This document shows, piece by piece, positions 37,295 through 40,513 of a stretch of 40,513 nt of DNA. Numbering within the stretch: the stretch's first letter is position 1; each line of letters opens with the position of its first letter. Where the stretch lies: NCBI GenBank assembly GCA_026025075.1, contig JAPEUI010000134.1:1-40513 (forward strand), in the 5' to 3' direction. The translations under genes and the position numbers were made by a program. The DNA comes from Vezdaea acicularis (Eukaryota). Under the pieces are notes generated by a model. The model did not search any database and was not told the origin of the DNA. It saw nothing but the letters and a program-made list of their open reading frames with translations.

Positions 37295-37572
37295 GCTGCT
37301 GCTCTCGAGGCGAGGAGGTTGTGTATTGATGGAGGCGTATTTTGCTTTATGCGTAATACTCTGCCCTGTATAGCGGGAGCGTTGATTACTTTAATTGTAC
37401 AAATATGCAATTGACATCTCTTGATATCTCTTGAGAGCTGTGATGTGCTTTATTGTAATTCTGGCTCCGTGTGGATATATGCTTCTCCGATATGATCATG
37501 CGCCATATACTCTCGCCATCTTCTCCCTAAAACCATACAGTAGTTGGATCCTCGTACAGTACACCCCCTCCC

Positions 37573-38175
37573 TCACTTCCTCCCCTTCTTCTTCCCTCCC
37601 TTCTCCTCCGCCTTCTCCTCCTCCACCTCCTCCCTCTTCCTTGTCCTCACCTGCCTTCCATCCCTCAATCCCACATCCGCAGTGATCAAATCCATCAAAT
37701 CCCCACTTCCCATCCGACCATCCACTCCCCTCCCATTCCCCTCACCAATCCCATCTCCCTCCCTCCTTCCCTCCAGTGCATCATCCCCCCCATCCACCTC
37801 TTCCTCTTCTTTAGCCCCATCACCCACCCCCCCATCAATATCCCACCCCCGTCCAAACCTGGCCCTAAACCCCCTCAACCTGCCCGCCTCGTCCTCTTCC
37901 ACGTTTCGCAGGTTCCTGCTACTGGGGTTCCAGAGCGGATGGTTGTATACGTCTTTCGCGGCGCGGAAGATGGGTACGGGACTTGTGGTGCGGGAGATCG
38001 TCATGGCGCCCGTGGTGGAGGTGATTAGAGATGTGAATTGGTAGGGCCTGTGGGGGCGGCGGAGGAGGGTTGCGTGCGGTTGGGGGGTGGTGGAGAAGGT
38101 GCGGAGGAGGGGTTGGTGGAGAGGGTGATGGGTGCATTGGTGGTACATAAGAGGCCGTGTGAGGGCGCGTTCCAT
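37573..38175 (-). CDS. mrpl36: Mitochondrial large ribosomal subunit protein bL31m (MrpL36-like)
   Basis: Presequence-like ...LLRTFSTT, then LLRRPHRPYQFTSLITSTTGA..RTTSP....KDVYNHPLWNPS...VEEDEAGRLRGFRARFGRGWD, a pattern I recognise from filamentous-fungal bL31m. First ATG at 38175. Confidence 0.75.
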   Translation of the reverse strand: MERALTRPLMYHQCTHHPLHQPLLRTFSTTPQPHATLLRRPHRPYQFTSLITSTTGAMTISRTTSPVPIFRAAKDVYNHPLWNPSSRNLRNVEEDEAGRLRGFRARFGRGWDIDGGVGDGAKEEEEVDGGDDALEGRREGDGIGEGNGRGVDGRMGSGDLMDLITADVGLRDGRQVRTRKREEVEEEKAEEKGGKKKGRK

Positions 38176-38605
38176 GGCGTGGGGTTGGTGATGGGGTGGT
38201 TGTATGGGAGAGGATTTCAAGCGGGCTTTTCGTTTGGAGTTAAGGCTGGGTTGTTGGGCGCATTTTAATACGCTAGAAGTGTCGATTGGTGATCGAAGAG
38301 ATTGGGGTGATGGTTTCGAAAGTGTCCTTGGGTGTGATGGACGGTTCTTGGTGTTGTGGCTTAGGATGATGAAGATGGGGTAGGGATGTTTGCAGCTCGC
38401 GCGATCTTTTCAAGGGTGAGGTTTGCCGAGGGTTCGATGAAGAAAAGTTTCCTTGCTTTCTCGGTTCCGCATCATACATCCACAGCTACAAAGATGTCGC
38501 TGCCAATGGAGTCCAGGAGTTATAGAGGCTTGGGAATGTTCTCCTGCTGAGAGCGAGCCCTTGATTTCTCATCATAAACCCTGTATATAAAGATCACCAG
38601 CTTCA

Positions 38606-39598
38606 ATGGCTTCTCTCCTCAGTACCGCCCCCTCGCGAACATCCCGAAAATTCTACACCCTCCTATACGCCCTCCACCAACCCTCGAGGACGCAACACTC
38701 ACTCCGCTGTGGGCTCCCCTCCCATCATTCCTTCCTTGCGCTAACACCCCCAGCTACCCACCGCCGCACCCTCATCTCAAGCTCCAAGCGGCAAACCCAC
38801 GCCTCCTCCGACCTCCGCGAAACCGTCCGGCTTTCCCTCCGCCAACTCCCTCACCCGGTTGTCCTCATAACCGCATGGGATACCCCCTTCCCCCCCACAT
38901 CCCCCACCCCCCTCCCCGCCTCCCCCTCCTTCCCCTCCGCCAGCCTCCCAACCATCATTCTCCCCCCCTCCGCCCCCCCCTCCCGCTCCCCCCACGGCCT
39001 AACCGTCTCCTCCCTAACATCCACAACCCTCCTCCCGGCCCCCATCCTGAGCTTCAACATCCGCCTCAACTCCTCCACCTTCGCCGCCATCCAGTCCAGC
39101 AAACGCTTCCTAATCAGCTACCTGCGCCCTAACAACCAAGGCGTCTGCATCGCCCAGCGCTTCGCCAGCGGCCTCTCCACCCCCTTCGACGACCTCGGCA
39201 TCGACGGCGAACTGGGAAGTGAACCCGACACCATGGCGCATCTGCGCGAAGTATGGAGCGCCACCACCGCTACAGCGGACGGCGCGAAGCGCCAGATGAC
39301 CGCTGTCGACGAGGTGCGCCGCGAAGATCGGAAGTGGGATGCCTATGGGCCCGTCTTGGGCGGGTTGGGGGTGGGCTCGAGGATCGCGTGTGAGATTGCG
39401 GGACCTGAGGGAGAGGGCTGGGTTGCTGTTAAGGACCATGCGGTTGTGTTTGGGAAGGTGAGGAAGGCGGGCTTGGGCGGTGAGGAGGAGGCGGTTAGGA
39501 AGGGCGTGGTGTATGTGGATGGCAGGTATAGAGCTGTGGGCAGGTTTGTGGATGAGGGGAAAGCGGGGGGTAGGAGGGGGGGACGTGAGAGTCCATGA
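38606..39598 (+). CDS. Flavin reductase-like domain protein, predicted mitochondrial
   Basis: R/S/H-rich N-terminus; VRLSLRQLPHPVVLIT, GLTVSSLTS..L.P.PILSFNI, IAQRFA, DHAVVFGKV and VVYVDGRY fit the split-barrel flavin reductase pattern. Intronless. Confidence 0.85.
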   Translation: MASLLSTAPSRTSRKFYTLLYALHQPSRTQHSLRCGLPSHHSFLALTPPATHRRTLISSSKRQTHASSDLRETVRLSLRQLPHPVVLITAWDTPFPPTSPTPLPASPSFPSASLPTIILPPSAPPSRSPHGLTVSSLTSTTLLPAPILSFNIRLNSSTFAAIQSSKRFLISYLRPNNQGVCIAQRFASGLSTPFDDLGIDGELGSEPDTMAHLREVWSATTATADGAKRQMTAVDEVRREDRKWDAYGPVLGGLGVGSRIACEIAGPEGEGWVAVKDHAVVFGKVRKAGLGGEEEAVRKGVVYVDGRYRAVGRFVDEGKAGGRRGGRESP

Positions 39599-40079
39599 TG
39601 AGGGAATATAGGGAGGGGGTTGTGCCGTGGATATTTATGCGAGAGGAGAAGGAGCAATGCGGGGTTGCGGGCGCGATCAAGAGGAACAACTGCCTTCTCT
39701 TTCCGTGAGCTTGAGTATAAGGGCTTTTGAAGTAGAATGGGTATCTTGGAAAGAGGGTCAAAGGAGTCGCCGTTTACGACGTCGGCGTAGGAGAAAGCCT
39801 GGCCGGACTTCGATGGTTGATTCTACCCCAGGTGATTAAAAAGGGGCGACGTACAAACCTCACATAGGTCCAAGCATCGTAAAGACTAGATTAGAGCATG
39901 GCCAAGCCAACGTGCTTGGTGTTTGAACACCATTCATCGCGAGGGCGAATCTGCTGTACATCACATAGCAAGTAGCATCACCTCACACTAGCTTGTAGAT
40001 AAAAGAGGGACTTTTTCATTCCATCGACGCTAACCAGACTAATCCTTCAACGCTCCGCCAAGTTTCCATACTCGCCATG

Positions 40080-40513
40080 TTACCCGCTAATCCCGGACTC
40101 CGCCCACTCATGCTCACCTGCATCCATCCCGTTCGCGAAGAGATCCTGATGCGCGCTCCCGGGGCGAGACGACAGTCTCGACGGGGGCAGCGGTTGCATT
40201 GACGGAAAGGGGTACGTGTGAAAGGCGCTGCTATTCTTGTCCGCCTGCGGAGCCGTGCCGGGCAAGTCACCCTCAGGAGTTATCGGCGGAGGCAGGCCGA
40301 CAGGCGGCCGTTGGGCGGCAGCGGCAGCGGCAGCAGCGAACTGCTGCGCCATCTGCTGTTGCTGGAACACGGTCTCCATGGAGCGGGCCTGCTCGGCGAA
40401 CACGAGGGTGCGGTGCTGCAACTCGTGGACGGTGTTCTCGAGGTTTTCGGTCTGCTCGGTGGTCTTGCGGTCGGTGCGGGCGCGCTCGGATTCGCGGGCG
40501 GCGTAGTCGGCGG
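40080..40513 (-). CDS. 3' end of an unidentified protein (coiled coil, then Q/A/P-rich tail); gene enters from the right edge
   Basis: The frame is open from the window edge: ADYAARESERARTDRKTTEQTENLENTVHELQHRTLVFAEQARSMETVFQQQQMAQQFAAAAAAAAQ...SGISG*, with strong GC3 codon bias. Confidence 0.7.
   Translation of the reverse strand, partial: ADYAARESERARTDRKTTEQTENLENTVHELQHRTLVFAEQARSMETVFQQQQMAQQFAAAAAAAAQRPPVGLPPPITPEGDLPGTAPQADKNSSAFHTYPFPSMQPLPPSRLSSRPGSAHQDLFANGMDAGEHEWAESGISG

Noticed and set aside
38584..38591. TATATAAA as the TATA box of the flavin reductase
   Set aside because: Only about 15 nt from the ATG, too close to serve that start.

Overview
Gene-dense, intron-containing nuclear DNA from a filamentous ascomycete (Pezizomycotina-like: GT-AG introns of about 48-130 nt with CTAAC/CTGAC branch points, and a five-intron actin). 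I can support 17 protein-coding genes, two of them cut by the window edges. In order they are: CENP-I/Mis6 (partial), a secreted alpha/beta-hydrolase, actin, Fes1, a large GAS2/GAR-domain protein, the Neo1 P4-ATPase flippase, Sec16, a Pho13-type HAD phosphatase, primase large subunit Pri2, an uncharacterised predicted mitochondrial membrane protein, Gpc1 acyltransferase, M18 aspartyl aminopeptidase, the Cdh1/Fzr APC/C activator, Vps5, mitoribosomal bL31m/MrpL36, a flavin-reductase-like protein and a partial coiled-coil protein. I saw no tRNA, rRNA, CRISPR array or intact mobile element, and no clear novel multi-gene system; this is mostly a housekeeping region. The features worth a second look are regulatory or compositional. 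They include repeated C-rich to G-rich switches inside genes, a stopless in-frame intron splitting the Cdh1 C-box and a uORF whose stop abuts a 5'UTR intron of sec16. Others are a likely dual-start mitochondrial isoform of the aminopeptidase, a shared MCB-like decamer at cell-cycle genes and a heat-shock element at fes1. Exon boundaries were read by eye and may be off by a few bases; family assignments are from motif recognition, not database searches.
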